A stretch of 64,000 bases of DNA from Actinomycetota bacterium (GTDB taxonomy: Bacteria > Actinomycetota > Thermoleophilia > Solirubrobacterales > Thermoleophilaceae), in contig JBKPSR010000012.1 of assembly GCA_046735115.1 (NCBI GenBank), forward strand, positions 3,317 to 67,316, in the 5' to 3' direction. Below are positions 45,290 through 55,214 of the stretch, piece by piece. The translations under genes and the position numbers were made by a program. Below the pieces are notes generated by a model. The model saw nothing but the letters and a program-made list of their open reading frames with translations, was not told the DNA's origin and did no database searches. The first letter of the stretch is position 1, and each line of letters begins with the position of its first letter.

Positions 45290-46552
45290 CTAGCCGCCGC
45301 CGCTCGCAACCGACCGCGCGCTCAGGCCAACCGCCCCCGGCTCACCTTCCGACGCCGCGAAGCGCTCGTCGACCGCCACTCCCGCCACCCACACGATCTC
45401 GCCGTGGGCCTCGATCACCGGCAGCGTCCGGCGCAGGGCGCGCGGGACCTTTCGGTCGGTGAAAAGGTCCTGGAGCGACTTCGAGCCGCCGAGGCCGGCC
45501 GGGCGCATCCGGTCGCCGTCGCGCCATGCGCGGACCGTCACGGCAGCGCCCAGGTCCGTTACGGAGACGTCGCCCGGGGCGTCCAGCCGGGCTTCCACCT
45601 CCCAGTCGCCGAAGCGCGCGCGGCCGGGCACGGCCAACTGAACGGGTGCGGGAGGTTCGGCGCCTGGGCTGCGGGTGAAGCGGAGCGTTCCGTACTCGGA
45701 CACGGCCCGAAGCCCGTCGCCCAGGTCGAGTGCCTTGGTGCCCCGCTCATCCAGGTCCAAGACGGATTCCGGGACCGGACGATTGCCTGCGAGCCGCCGC
45801 AGGACCAGTCGCTGCAGGGCGGGCGGGTACTCGAGCAGTGCGTCGATTGCGATCGCGGGGCCACCGCCGAGCTCCTTCAACGCCTCGTTGACCGCGGCGT
45901 CCAACACCTCGGCCTCGTCGCGCAGCTGGCGTGCCGTCTCGGCGATCGTCTGGTCGACCACCGGGGACAGCTCGCGCAGCGCGTCCAGCACGTCGTGGCG
46001 CACGCGTGCGCGCGCGAAGCGCCGGTCGGCGTTCGAGGGGTCCTCGCGCCATTCCAGCCCGCGGCCGCGCAGGTAGTCGCGCACCTCTTCGCGCGTCACG
46101 GCGAGCAGCGGTCGCACCAGACGCCCGCGCCGCGGCGCCATCCCGTGGAGCGCCCGCGAGCCGGGCGAGACGGCCAGCCGATAGAGGACCGTCTCGGCCT
46201 GGTCCGAGGCGGTGTGGGCGGCGGCGTAGTCGCCCTCCGCCAGCTCCTCGGCGAGCGCGTAGCGGGCAGTCCGCGCACGATCCTGCAGATTGCCCTCGCT
46301 GCCGAGCCCGACGGACTCGACCGAGAGCGGGATGTTGCGCCCGCTGCAGAGCTGCTCGACGAGCGCCTGGTCGAGCGCGGAATCCTCGCGGAGACCGTAG
46401 TTGACATGGAGCGCCGTGAGCGAGCCGCCGAGACGATCGGCGATGTCCAGGAGCGCCACCGAGTCGCCGCCGCCCGACACCATCACGAGCAGCGGCGCGC
46501 CCGGCCGGATCAGCCCGCTCTCGCGTGCGGCCTCCAGGGCGCGCTCGCTCAT
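45290..46552 (-). CDS. tilS: tRNA(Ile)-lysidine synthase
   Basis: ATG at 46552 overlaps the TGA of the MerR-cyclase gene. PP-loop ..LLVMVSGGGDSVALL.., ..AHTASDQAETVL.. and a C-terminal ..GGSKSLQDLFTD.. domain. Confidence 0.88.
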   Translation of the reverse strand: MSERALEAARESGLIRPGAPLLVMVSGGGDSVALLDIADRLGGSLTALHVNYGLREDSALDQALVEQLCSGRNIPLSVESVGLGSEGNLQDRARTARYALAEELAEGDYAAAHTASDQAETVLYRLAVSPGSRALHGMAPRRGRLVRPLLAVTREEVRDYLRGRGLEWREDPSNADRRFARARVRHDVLDALRELSPVVDQTIAETARQLRDEAEVLDAAVNEALKELGGGPAIAIDALLEYPPALQRLVLRRLAGNRPVPESVLDLDERGTKALDLGDGLRAVSEYGTLRFTRSPGAEPPAPVQLAVPGRARFGDWEVEARLDAPGDVSVTDLGAAVTVRAWRDGDRMRPAGLGGSKSLQDLFTDRKVPRALRRTLPVIEAHGEIVWVAGVAVDERFAASEGEPGAVGLSARSVASGGG

Positions 46553-47742
46553 TCGTCCCGCCGCACGGCCCGGCACAGCTGACGCGGCTGGTCGAAGCCC
46601 TTCAGCTTCACCTGGCCGATCGGCTCGAAGCTCAGGTGCGGCGAGCCCGACACGGCATCCACCACCGAGTCGGTCACGAGCACCTCGCCGCCGCGGGCGC
46701 GGGCGACCACCCGCGACGTGAGGTTCACGTCCCGCCCGAAGTAGTCGCCGTCGCGGTAGAGCGTCGTCCCGAGGTGCACGCCGATGCGCGGCTCCGGGCG
46801 CTCCTCGAACAGCGACGTGAAGCCCACCGCCCAGTCCACAAGCGCGCCGACATCCTGGCCTACCACCATCACCTCGTCGCCGATCGTCTTCACGACGCGC
46901 GCGTCCCCGGGCAGCGTGTTGGTGACCCCTTCGACGAAGCGCTCGACCGACGACAGTGCCTCCTCCTCGCCCTCCTCCTCGGTGAAGCGCGTATAGCCGG
47001 CGAGGTCCGCGAAGGCGATCGCCACGCGGATGCGTCCCAGGTCCACGTCCTCGTCCTCGAGCTCCGACTCCATGTGGCCCACCACGTCCTGCTCGACGAA
47101 GTGCCGGAGGAAGCGCTGGTGGACGTAGTCCATCATCGGCGACGCGAGCGGAAGCAGGTCGCGCGCAAGGTCCTCCATCTCCTCCGCCATCTGAAGCCCC
47201 GGGACGCCCTCGCGGATCAACGGCTCGTGCACGTAGAGGTGGAAGACCCGCACCTCGGCGTCCGCGATCTGGGACAGCGCCTGCCCGTAGACCCGGCACA
47301 GCTGGAGGAAGGCGACGAGCGGGAAGCCCGCCCCGAGGACGGCCGCCACGTACTGGAGCGCCTGGACGTCCTCGTCGGTGAGCTCGTCGAGCTCCGCCGC
47401 GGGAAGCCCGAGGCTCGTCCAGAAGCGCTCGATGAGCGCGGCCTCGAGCCCGGTCAGGTCGCTCGCCTCGTCGAGCGAGTGCCTCGCCTCGTCGGCGCCG
47501 AACATGTCCTCGATGTAGCCGTAGGCGAGCCGTCCCCGCTCGCCGGCCTGCTTGATCTGCTCGAGCTTGTGCCCGCGCTCGCGAAGCCGGGCCACGATCC
47601 GTGCATGCGCCACCGCCGCGGTGGTCCACTCGCCGGTGCCGTCCACCTCCGGGACCACGCCCTCGCGCGCCCAGCGGCGCAGGGTTCCCGGCGAGACGCC
47701 TACCCGCTCGGCGGCGTCCTTCAATGAGAAAGTCTCAGCCAC
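46549..47742 (-). CDS. MerR-type HTH - helical linker - class III adenylate/guanylate cyclase fusion
   Basis: GTG at 47742 (VAETFSLKDAAERVGVSPGTLRRWAREGVVP = MerR HTH). C-terminal cyclase motifs ..VAIAFADLAGYTRF.., ..VKTIGDEVMVVG.., ..IGVHLG.., ..YFGRDVNLTSRV... Confidence 0.8.
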   Translation of the reverse strand: MAETFSLKDAAERVGVSPGTLRRWAREGVVPEVDGTGEWTTAAVAHARIVARLRERGHKLEQIKQAGERGRLAYGYIEDMFGADEARHSLDEASDLTGLEAALIERFWTSLGLPAAELDELTDEDVQALQYVAAVLGAGFPLVAFLQLCRVYGQALSQIADAEVRVFHLYVHEPLIREGVPGLQMAEEMEDLARDLLPLASPMMDYVHQRFLRHFVEQDVVGHMESELEDEDVDLGRIRVAIAFADLAGYTRFTEEEGEEEALSSVERFVEGVTNTLPGDARVVKTIGDEVMVVGQDVGALVDWAVGFTSLFEERPEPRIGVHLGTTLYRDGDYFGRDVNLTSRVVARARGGEVLVTDSVVDAVSGSPHLSFEPIGQVKLKGFDQPRQLCRAVRRDE

Positions 47743-47773
47743 GGCAACACCACGTTTTACCGTTCGTGCGCAA

Positions 47774-47794
47774 GCACCGGGCGGTGCCCGGTGC
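47774..47794. promoter_or_regulatory. Perfect 21-bp palindrome GCACCGGG-CGGTG-CCCGGTGC (candidate MerR-type operator)
   Basis: Read directly. 8-bp arms, 32-52 bp upstream of the MerR-cyclase GTG, in the 243-bp divergent region shared with the acyl-CoA reductase gene. Confidence 0.35.
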
Positions 47795-47818
47795 ACAGCG
47801 ATGGCATTCCGAAAGCAA

Positions 47819-47846
47819 CGGCGGAGTGGAAGGGTTCACTCCGCCG
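47819..47846. promoter_or_regulatory. 10-bp-stem inverted repeat CGGCGGAGTG-N8-CACTCCGCCG
   Basis: Read directly. Second perfect inverted repeat in the same intergenic region. Function unknown (operator or RNA hairpin). Confidence 0.3.
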
Positions 47847-47985
47847 CTGCGTGCGGGCACACGGCCCGCCTCGTAGGCCGGCGACGGCACGCGCCAACCG
47901 GTCTCTACAAACTTGGTGCGAAGTGTTGCGCGCCCGGGGCCGCGCGTCAACATAAACTCCGCAGGCACACGTCTTGGGAGGATCT

Positions 47986-49995
47986 TTGAGCTATTTCGTC
48001 ACCGGCGCGACCGGCTTCATCGGCAGGCACCTCGTGGCCGAGCTGTTGAAGCGCGAGGGCACCATCTACGCGCTGGTGAGAGAGGGCTCGAGGGGCAAGC
48101 TCGACGCGCTGGCGCAGCGGCTGGACGCGCCCGAGGGTCGCATTCAGCCGGTGACGGGCGACCTCTCCAAGCCCGGGCTGGGAATCGAGGGCTTCGACGA
48201 GAAGATCGACCAGCTCTTCCACCTCGCGGCCGTGTACGACGTGGAGGCCGACGAGGAGGCGTCGGAGCGGGCGAACGTCGAGGGCACGAAGCACGTCATC
48301 GAGTTCGCCGACTCGCACGACGTGGGGCGCTTCCACCACGTCAGCTCGATCGCCGTGGCGGGCAGCTACAAGGGCGTGTTCCAGGAGGACATGTTCGACG
48401 AGGGGCAGAAGCTGCCCCACCACTACCACCGGACGAAGTACGAGGCCGAGCGGCTCGTACGGGAGGGCGTCGAAGCGAAGACGCTGATCTACCGGCCGGG
48501 CCTCGTCGTGGGCCACTCGGAGACCGGCGAGATGGACAAGATCGACGGTCCCTACTACTTCTTCAAGCTGCTCCAGAGGCTTCGCCACGCGCTTCCCGAG
48601 TGGTTCCCGCTGGCCGGCCCGGAGGGCGGCCAGACGAACTTCGTCCCGGTGGACTTCGTCGCGCGCGCGATGGACCACATCGGCCACCTGCCGGACGACG
48701 ACCTGCCCGGGGACACTTTCCACCTGGTCAACCCGGAGCCGATGACCGTCGGCCAGGGGCTCAACGAGTTCGCCAAGGCCGCGCACGCGCCGCAGTTCGC
48801 CATGCGGATCGACCAGAACATGACGAACGTGGTCCCGAAGCAGGTGCGCGCTGGGATCAAGGCGCTGCCGACCGTCAGGCGGATCAGGCACCAGCTCTTC
48901 CACGACCTGGGCGTCCCGCCGGAGGCGATGGAGAACCGGGACTTCCGCTGCACGTTCGACGCGCGCGACGCGCAGCGCGCCCTCAGCGGCACCGGCATAG
49001 CGGTGCCGCCGCTCTCGACCTACGCGCCCCGCCTGTGGGACTACTGGGAGCGGAACCTCGACCCGGACCTGTTCCGCGAGCGCTCGCTGACGAGCTCCAT
49101 CAAGGGCAAGAAGGTGCTGATCACGGGCGCCTCGAGCGGCATCGGCTGGGAGACGGCGCTGAAGGTCGGCGAGGCCGGCGGGGAGGTGATCCTGGTCTCA
49201 CGCACGCGCGAGAAGCTGGAGGAGCTCGCGTCGCAGATCGAGGAGACCGGCGGAAGCGCGCACGTCCACCCGGCCGATTTGTCGGACATGGACGACATCG
49301 ACCGGCTCGCCGCGGAGGTGCTCGAGGCGCACGGCGGCGTGGACGTGCTCGTGAACAACGCCGGGCGCTCGATCCGCCGCTCGGTGGAGCGGTCCTACGA
49401 TCGCTTCCACGACTTCGAGAGAACGATGCAGCTGAACTACTTCGGCGCGCTCAAGCTGATCCTCGCCTTCCTGCCGGGGATGCGCAAGCGCAAGTCCGGC
49501 CATATCGTCAACGTGAGCTCGATCGGCGTGCAGACGAACACGCCGCGCTTCTCGGCCTACGTCGCCTCGAAGTCGGCGCTCGACGCCTTCTCGCGCTGCA
49601 CCGCGCCCGAGGTGGTCCAGGACAACGTCAAGTTCACGACCGTCTACATGCCGCTCGTGCGCACGCCGATGATCGAGCCGACCGACATCTACAAGGCCTT
49701 CCCGACGCTCACGCCGGACGAGGCCGCGCAGATGCTCTGCGACGCCATGATCGACAAGCCGAAGCGGATGGCCTCGCGGCTCGGGACCTTCGGCGAGGTG
49801 CTCTACGCGATCTCGCCGAAGACCGTCGACATCGTCCTCAACACCGCGTACAACCTCTTCCCCGACTCGTCAGCCGCCAAGAGGAAGAAGGACGGCGACC
49901 GGAAGCCGGCGCCGGCCGACGAGAAGAAGCAGGACGGCGAGATGTCGACGGAGGCGGTCGCCATGGCGTACCTGCTCCGGGGCGTGCACTTCTAA
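47986..49995 (+). CDS. Two-domain fatty acyl-CoA reductase-like protein (NAD-binding reductase domain + SDR domain)
   Basis: TTG at 47986 sits 4 nt after GGGAGGA. N-domain ..YFVTGATGFIGRHL.., ..YHRTKYEAERL... C-domain ..VLITGASSGIGWETA.., ..YVASKSALDAF... The architecture resembles mycobacterial AcrA1 and Marinobacter long FAR enzymes. Confidence 0.8.
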   Translation: MSYFVTGATGFIGRHLVAELLKREGTIYALVREGSRGKLDALAQRLDAPEGRIQPVTGDLSKPGLGIEGFDEKIDQLFHLAAVYDVEADEEASERANVEGTKHVIEFADSHDVGRFHHVSSIAVAGSYKGVFQEDMFDEGQKLPHHYHRTKYEAERLVREGVEAKTLIYRPGLVVGHSETGEMDKIDGPYYFFKLLQRLRHALPEWFPLAGPEGGQTNFVPVDFVARAMDHIGHLPDDDLPGDTFHLVNPEPMTVGQGLNEFAKAAHAPQFAMRIDQNMTNVVPKQVRAGIKALPTVRRIRHQLFHDLGVPPEAMENRDFRCTFDARDAQRALSGTGIAVPPLSTYAPRLWDYWERNLDPDLFRERSLTSSIKGKKVLITGASSGIGWETALKVGEAGGEVILVSRTREKLEELASQIEETGGSAHVHPADLSDMDDIDRLAAEVLEAHGGVDVLVNNAGRSIRRSVERSYDRFHDFERTMQLNYFGALKLILAFLPGMRKRKSGHIVNVSSIGVQTNTPRFSAYVASKSALDAFSRCTAPEVVQDNVKFTTVYMPLVRTPMIEPTDIYKAFPTLTPDEAAQMLCDAMIDKPKRMASRLGTFGEVLYAISPKTVDIVLNTAYNLFPDSSAAKRKKDGDRKPAPADEKKQDGEMSTEAVAMAYLLRGVHF

Positions 49996-50017
49996 GCGGG
50001 CGAGGCGGGGCAAGCGA

Positions 50018-51619
50018 TCAGCGGCGCTGAATGCGCCTGGCGGCGGCCGCGGACACGCGCAGGCGAACCGGTCGCGAGCGGTTCCCCACCGCGTCGACGG
50101 CGTACGCCTCGGCTCGGTAGCGGAGGCGACGCGGCCGCCCCGCGGCGCGGGCGCGGACGCCGATCCGCAGCCGGTTCTTTCCGGCGAGGCCGTTCTGGCG
50201 CAGCGTGCGGACGGCATGCCAGCGCCCCCTCGCGCGGCGTTGCAGCTGAATCCTTACTCGCGCCTGCTCCGACAAGCGGTAGGTGATCGAACGGCGGTGT
50301 ACCGCGAGCGCGCTCAAGACGGGGCGGATCGAGTCGACCCGGACCGGCGCGCCCGCCACCGCGGACGCCCCGTGCGGATCGCTCACCCGGACGCGCGCGG
50401 TGAGGGTCGTCGCGCCCGCATAGGCGCGCGTGATACTTGGCGTCGTCCCGCCCGCCGTCTCGAAGCTCCCGTTGCCGTCGAGGTCCCACTCGTAGCGCAC
50501 TTTGAGGCCCTCGGGGTCGGCGGAGCCCGATGCGTCGAAGCTGACCTGCTTCCCCGCGGCGACCACGGCGGGCGTGGCCGTGAGCGCGGGTACCGGTGGC
50601 CGGTTCGCCACGACCGCCACGCCGAGCGGGTTGTTGAACAGCTGGCGGTCCTGGCGCAGAATGCTCTGCGCGCCGGTGGCGAGGTTCACCGACACGAGGC
50701 CGCCCTCGAGGTCGTCCAGCGTGAAGTCGCTCAGGAGCGCGTCGCCGTCGGGCGTCACGGCCGGGCGCTGGGGGACGACGATCCTGTCCGTGCCCGTGTT
50801 GGGCGTCTCGGCGTCCTGCACTCCAGTGTCCGGGTCCACGGCGACGAGCGCGATGCCGCCGTTCTGGTTCACCATCAGAATCCGGCCTCCGGGGTCGACC
50901 GTTACGCCGAGTGGGTTGCGGAAGAGGTTGCCCCACTCGGGCGCGTTCCGCGACAGGACCGACTGCGCCTTGGTCCTCAGGTCGATCCGCACCAGGGCGC
51001 CGAAGTCGTACGAGCAGTCGATAACCGTGGTGCCGTCGCTGAAGTCGCCGTAGCTCGTCACGAGCAGCGAGCCGTTCGCCTCGCGTGCGATGCCGAACGG
51101 GTAACAGAGCTCACCGCCCTCGGTCACGACGCTCTGCGCGCCGGTCGCGGGGTTCACGCTCACCACCGCCGGCGTGCCGGTCGTCCCCACGTTCTCCACG
51201 ACGTAGACGAGGCCGTCCGGCCCGATCGTCAGGCCGGCCGGGTCGACGAGGTGCTGGCCGGCGGTGACGAGCGACTGGTGCCCGGTGACCGGGTCGACCC
51301 GGATTATGCGCCCGTCGGGCGTCCGGTCCGTGCTGGTCGCATATGCGCCCATGTCCGCCACGAGCAGGCTGCCGTCGGCGGCAACCGCGAGGTCGTAGGG
51401 GTGGCGGAAGAGATCGCCCTTCGGGCCGTTGCGTGAAATCTCGGCGAGCCCGCCGGTGGCGGGGTCGGCCCTCAGGATGACCGGCGCCGGTGCCGACTGC
51501 TTCGTCACGACCGAGTTCGCCACGTAGGCGACCCAGGGGTCGCCCGTCGCGGCCGAGGCCGCGCCTGGAAGCAGTGACAGCAGAATGGCCGCCGTCAGGA
51601 CGGCGAGAAAACGCATCAC
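50018..51619 (-). CDS. Secreted beta-propeller-repeat (NHL/SMP-30-like) protein with PKD-like domain
   Basis: Signal peptide MMRFLAVLTAAILLSLLPGAASA. Repeated blades (PYDLAVAADGSLLVAD, PAGLTIGPDGLVYVVE, PFGIAREANGSLLVTS, PLGVTVDPGGRILMVN). PKD-like ..VSFDASGSADPEGLKVRYEWDLDGNGSFE... Arg-rich C-terminus. Confidence 0.7.
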   Translation of the reverse strand: MMRFLAVLTAAILLSLLPGAASAATGDPWVAYVANSVVTKQSAPAPVILRADPATGGLAEISRNGPKGDLFRHPYDLAVAADGSLLVADMGAYATSTDRTPDGRIIRVDPVTGHQSLVTAGQHLVDPAGLTIGPDGLVYVVENVGTTGTPAVVSVNPATGAQSVVTEGGELCYPFGIAREANGSLLVTSYGDFSDGTTVIDCSYDFGALVRIDLRTKAQSVLSRNAPEWGNLFRNPLGVTVDPGGRILMVNQNGGIALVAVDPDTGVQDAETPNTGTDRIVVPQRPAVTPDGDALLSDFTLDDLEGGLVSVNLATGAQSILRQDRQLFNNPLGVAVVANRPPVPALTATPAVVAAGKQVSFDASGSADPEGLKVRYEWDLDGNGSFETAGGTTPSITRAYAGATTLTARVRVSDPHGASAVAGAPVRVDSIRPVLSALAVHRRSITYRLSEQARVRIQLQRRARGRWHAVRTLRQNGLAGKNRLRIGVRARAAGRPRRLRYRAEAYAVDAVGNRSRPVRLRVSAAAARRIQRR

Positions 51620-51669
51620 CTTCCGATATCGGCCGAGTTGACCCGTTCTATGAAGCGGCGACGCTCGCG

Positions 51670-52595
<926 letters not shown>

Positions 52596-52599
<4 letters not shown>

Positions 52600-53555
52600 G
52601 CCGCCACCTGCGCCTGCGCGCCCGCCCACGCCGCGACCGCGTCGACCGTGGAGCCCCGGGGGGTGTAGCCGACCTCCTCGGTGAGCCGCCGCGTGTCCAC
52701 GCCGCGGCCGTAGCGGAGGAGCCGCTGGAAATCGTCCGACTGCATGTCGAGGCCGAGCCGCCGGCCGGCGGACATGAAGGCGCCGAACAGCGGCGCCGCG
52801 ATCGGCAGCGAGCGGCGGCCGGCCAGCCGGATCATTCGGGCGAGGCCGATCGTGCCGGGCCCGGCCACGTTCACCGGCCCGCGCACCGGGTTCCGCACGG
52901 CGGCGACCAGGGCCTCGAGCGCGTCCTCGATGTCCACCAGCTGGATGCGCGGGTCGAAGCCCATGAACGTCGGACAGACCGGCTGGCTCAGGTACCGGGT
53001 GATCTGCGTAGGAAGGCCGCGGCCGATGGCGGGCTGGTAGCGCAGCATCGTGCAGCTCACGCCGGGGTGCCGGCGGGCGTAGGTCTCGAAGTAGTTTTCG
53101 ATCTCGGCGACGTCGCGCTGGAAGCGGGTGCGGAGCGGGAACATCGCCGCCATCTCCTCCCTGAAGAACTGCGGCGCGTGCGGCTCCGCGCCGTAGATGC
53201 CCGCGGAGCCTCGCACGACGATCGTGCGAAGCGTCGGCACGCGCTCGCAGGCCGCGAGCAGCTGGAGGGTGCCGATCACGTTCACGTCGTGCATCGCAAG
53301 AGGTGACATCGGTCCGGGCTGCCTGACGATCTGCTCGTGCACTAGCGTGTCGACGCCCGTCCGCGGGATCACCCGGGCGATCTGGGGATCGCGGATGTCC
53401 GCCTCGATGAACTCCGTCCGCTCGAGCTCCACCTTCGGCCGCCGGGTGTCGAGCCCGGCCACGTGCTCGACCTCCCGGTCGGCCTCGAGGCGCTGCGCAA
53501 GGAGGCTCCCCACGTGGCTGCCCACGCCGGTGATCAGCACCCGGCGCCCGGACAC
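52596..53555 (-). CDS. NAD-dependent epimerase/dehydratase-family protein
   Basis: ..VLITGVGSHVGSLLA.. Rossmann motif. 319 aa. The GTG start shares 1 nt with the TAG of the upstream small gene. Confidence 0.8.
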
Positions 53556-53911
53556 TAGGACTTGCTGGTGCCCTTCGAAGAGCCGCTCGCGCGCTTCGAA
53601 GAGCCACCCGTGGAGCGGCGCTTCGGGAGCCGCTCCTCGATCCGCTCGAGGCGCCGGCCGATCGCGCGGAGCTCGGCGCGCACCTCTTTGATGTCGTCGT
53701 AGCTCGCCGGGCGGCGGCCCTCGATCGCATCCGTCATCGACTTTCGGCCGCGCGACAGCCGCTTCTCCGCCCCCCTCCGCAGCTCCTCGACCGAGTCGAC
53801 CAGGTCGTCCAGGGCGCCCTGAGCGGCCGAGCGGCTCCGCTCAGCCGACCCCATCGTGGCCTCGACGGTGCGCTCGACGGCCTCGCGGAGATTGTCGGCG
53901 GGCTTGGCCAT
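53555..53911 (-). CDS. Small coiled-coil, phasin-motif protein with Ser/Lys-rich basic tail
   Basis: 118 aa. ..PASYDDIKEVRAELRAIGRRLERIEERL.. resembles the phasin/PHA-granule protein C-terminal motif. Tail is ..KRRSTGGSSKRASGSSKGTSKS. Confidence 0.6.
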   Translation of the reverse strand: MAKPADNLREAVERTVEATMGSAERSRSAAQGALDDLVDSVEELRRGAEKRLSRGRKSMTDAIEGRRPASYDDIKEVRAELRAIGRRLERIEERLPKRRSTGGSSKRASGSSKGTSKS

Positions 53912-54656
53912 GGGTCCGCAGGTTACCCACTACTCTCCGCCGCTCTTGGCGCTGGAGCACCACGTCCGCCCCAACCACATTCGGCCGGCCGCGGAGCTGG
54001 CCGAGCGCGTCCTACTGCCGGGCGACCCGGCCCGCGCGCTTGCGGTGGCTCAGGCGCTGCTCGACCCGCCTGCTCGGATGTTCAATCACGCGCGTGGACT
54101 ATGGGGCTACACGGGCACCGCCTCCGATGGCGGGCTGCTCACGGTCCAGGCGACCGGCATGGGCGGCCCCAGCGCCGCCATCGTCTGCGAGGAGCTGATC
54201 GCGCTCGGCGCGACCACGCTGGTCCGGATCGGCACCTGCGGCGCGCTCGATCCGACCGTCGCGCTCGGCACGCTGCTCGCCGCCGAGGCGGTGCTGCCGG
54301 CGGACGGGACAAGCGCCGCGCTCGGCGCGGAGGTCCCGCTCGAGCCGGACGCGGTCCTGCTGGCCCGGCTGGTCCAGGCCGGGGCCCGGCCGGTCACGGT
54401 CGCGAGCAGCGACCTGTTCTACGACCCACGCACCGACGCGGCGGCCGGATGGCTTGACCGGGGCGCGGTCGCGGTCGAGATGGAGGCGGCGACGGTCCTC
54501 CAGGTGGCCGCCCGCCGGGGCGTGGCAGCCGCCTGCGTGCTCGGTGTGAGCGATGTCCCCGGCTCGAACGGCGCCGGCCGACTGAGCCCGGCCGACGTCG
54601 TGGAACTCGGCCTGCGTATCGGCGAGGCCGGCTACGCGGCCGTCAGGAGTCGGTGA
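53910..54656 (+). CDS. Nucleoside phosphorylase, DeoD/Udp (hexameric PNP_UDP_1) type
   Basis: ..VLLPGDPARA.., ..ATGMGGPSAAIVCEEL.., ..LVRIGTCGAL.., ..AVEMEAATV.., ..LGVSDV... The start may be ATG 53910 or TTG 53946. Confidence 0.75.
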   Translation: MGPQVTHYSPPLLALEHHVRPNHIRPAAELAERVLLPGDPARALAVAQALLDPPARMFNHARGLWGYTGTASDGGLLTVQATGMGGPSAAIVCEELIALGATTLVRIGTCGALDPTVALGTLLAAEAVLPADGTSAALGAEVPLEPDAVLLARLVQAGARPVTVASSDLFYDPRTDAAAGWLDRGAVAVEMEAATVLQVAARRGVAAACVLGVSDVPGSNGAGRLSPADVVELGLRIGEAGYAAVRSR

Positions 54657-55086
54657 CGGTGAGGCGCTCCTGTGCGCGCGGCATCGGCTCGCCGCCGGGG
54701 GCGAGCAGCGCGGCCAGGGCGGATATGTCCTGCGCGACCTCGTCGAGTCGCGACTCGATCCTGCCCAGGCGGTCGTCGCCTGCGGCGGCAGCCGGAGCCG
54801 CGACGCGCTCGTCGAGGCGGTCGATCGCGTCCTCGATCCCCTCGAGCCGCTGCGAGAGCGAGCGCAGCCGGCGCGTCACGCGCTCAACGTCGCCCGCCGA
54901 GGGCAGGTTCAGCGCGCCCATCGCGGCCTCCTGGGCCTGGAACGCCTTCTCCCGGGCCTCGAACGCCCGCGCGATTGCGGCATTGATCACCGGGTTTGAG
55001 ATCAGCTCTTCGGCGATCTTGCCGAGCACCTCCTCCCCCTGCCGCGAGAGTCGATCCACGAAGCCATGTTCCTGGGATGCCTCCAT
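54643..55086 (-). CDS. Phasin-motif coiled-coil protein (paralogue-like of 53555..53911)
   Basis: MEASQEHGF... ..LNLPSAGDVERVTRRLRSLSQRLEGIEDAIDRL.. shares a motif with the 118-aa protein. Confidence 0.6.
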   Translation of the reverse strand: MEASQEHGFVDRLSRQGEEVLGKIAEELISNPVINAAIARAFEAREKAFQAQEAAMGALNLPSAGDVERVTRRLRSLSQRLEGIEDAIDRLDERVAAPAAAAGDDRLGRIESRLDEVAQDISALAALLAPGGEPMPRAQERLTVTDS

Positions 55087-55214
55087 CGCGCGGCAGGGTA
55101 CATCACGCGAACGGGAGCCGACCGGTCGACCGAACGCCCACATCACCCCCATGAGAGCCCTCAGGTCCTACTCTAACCCTCAACTTGAGCTTTACCTACG
55201 TTTGGTAAAGCCAC

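Noticed and set aside
47913-50030. 705-aa ORF in an alternative plus frame over the acyl-CoA reductase gene
   Set aside because: Out-of-frame Arg/Gly/Pro-rich translation. The 47986..49995 frame carries Rossmann and YxxxK motifs.
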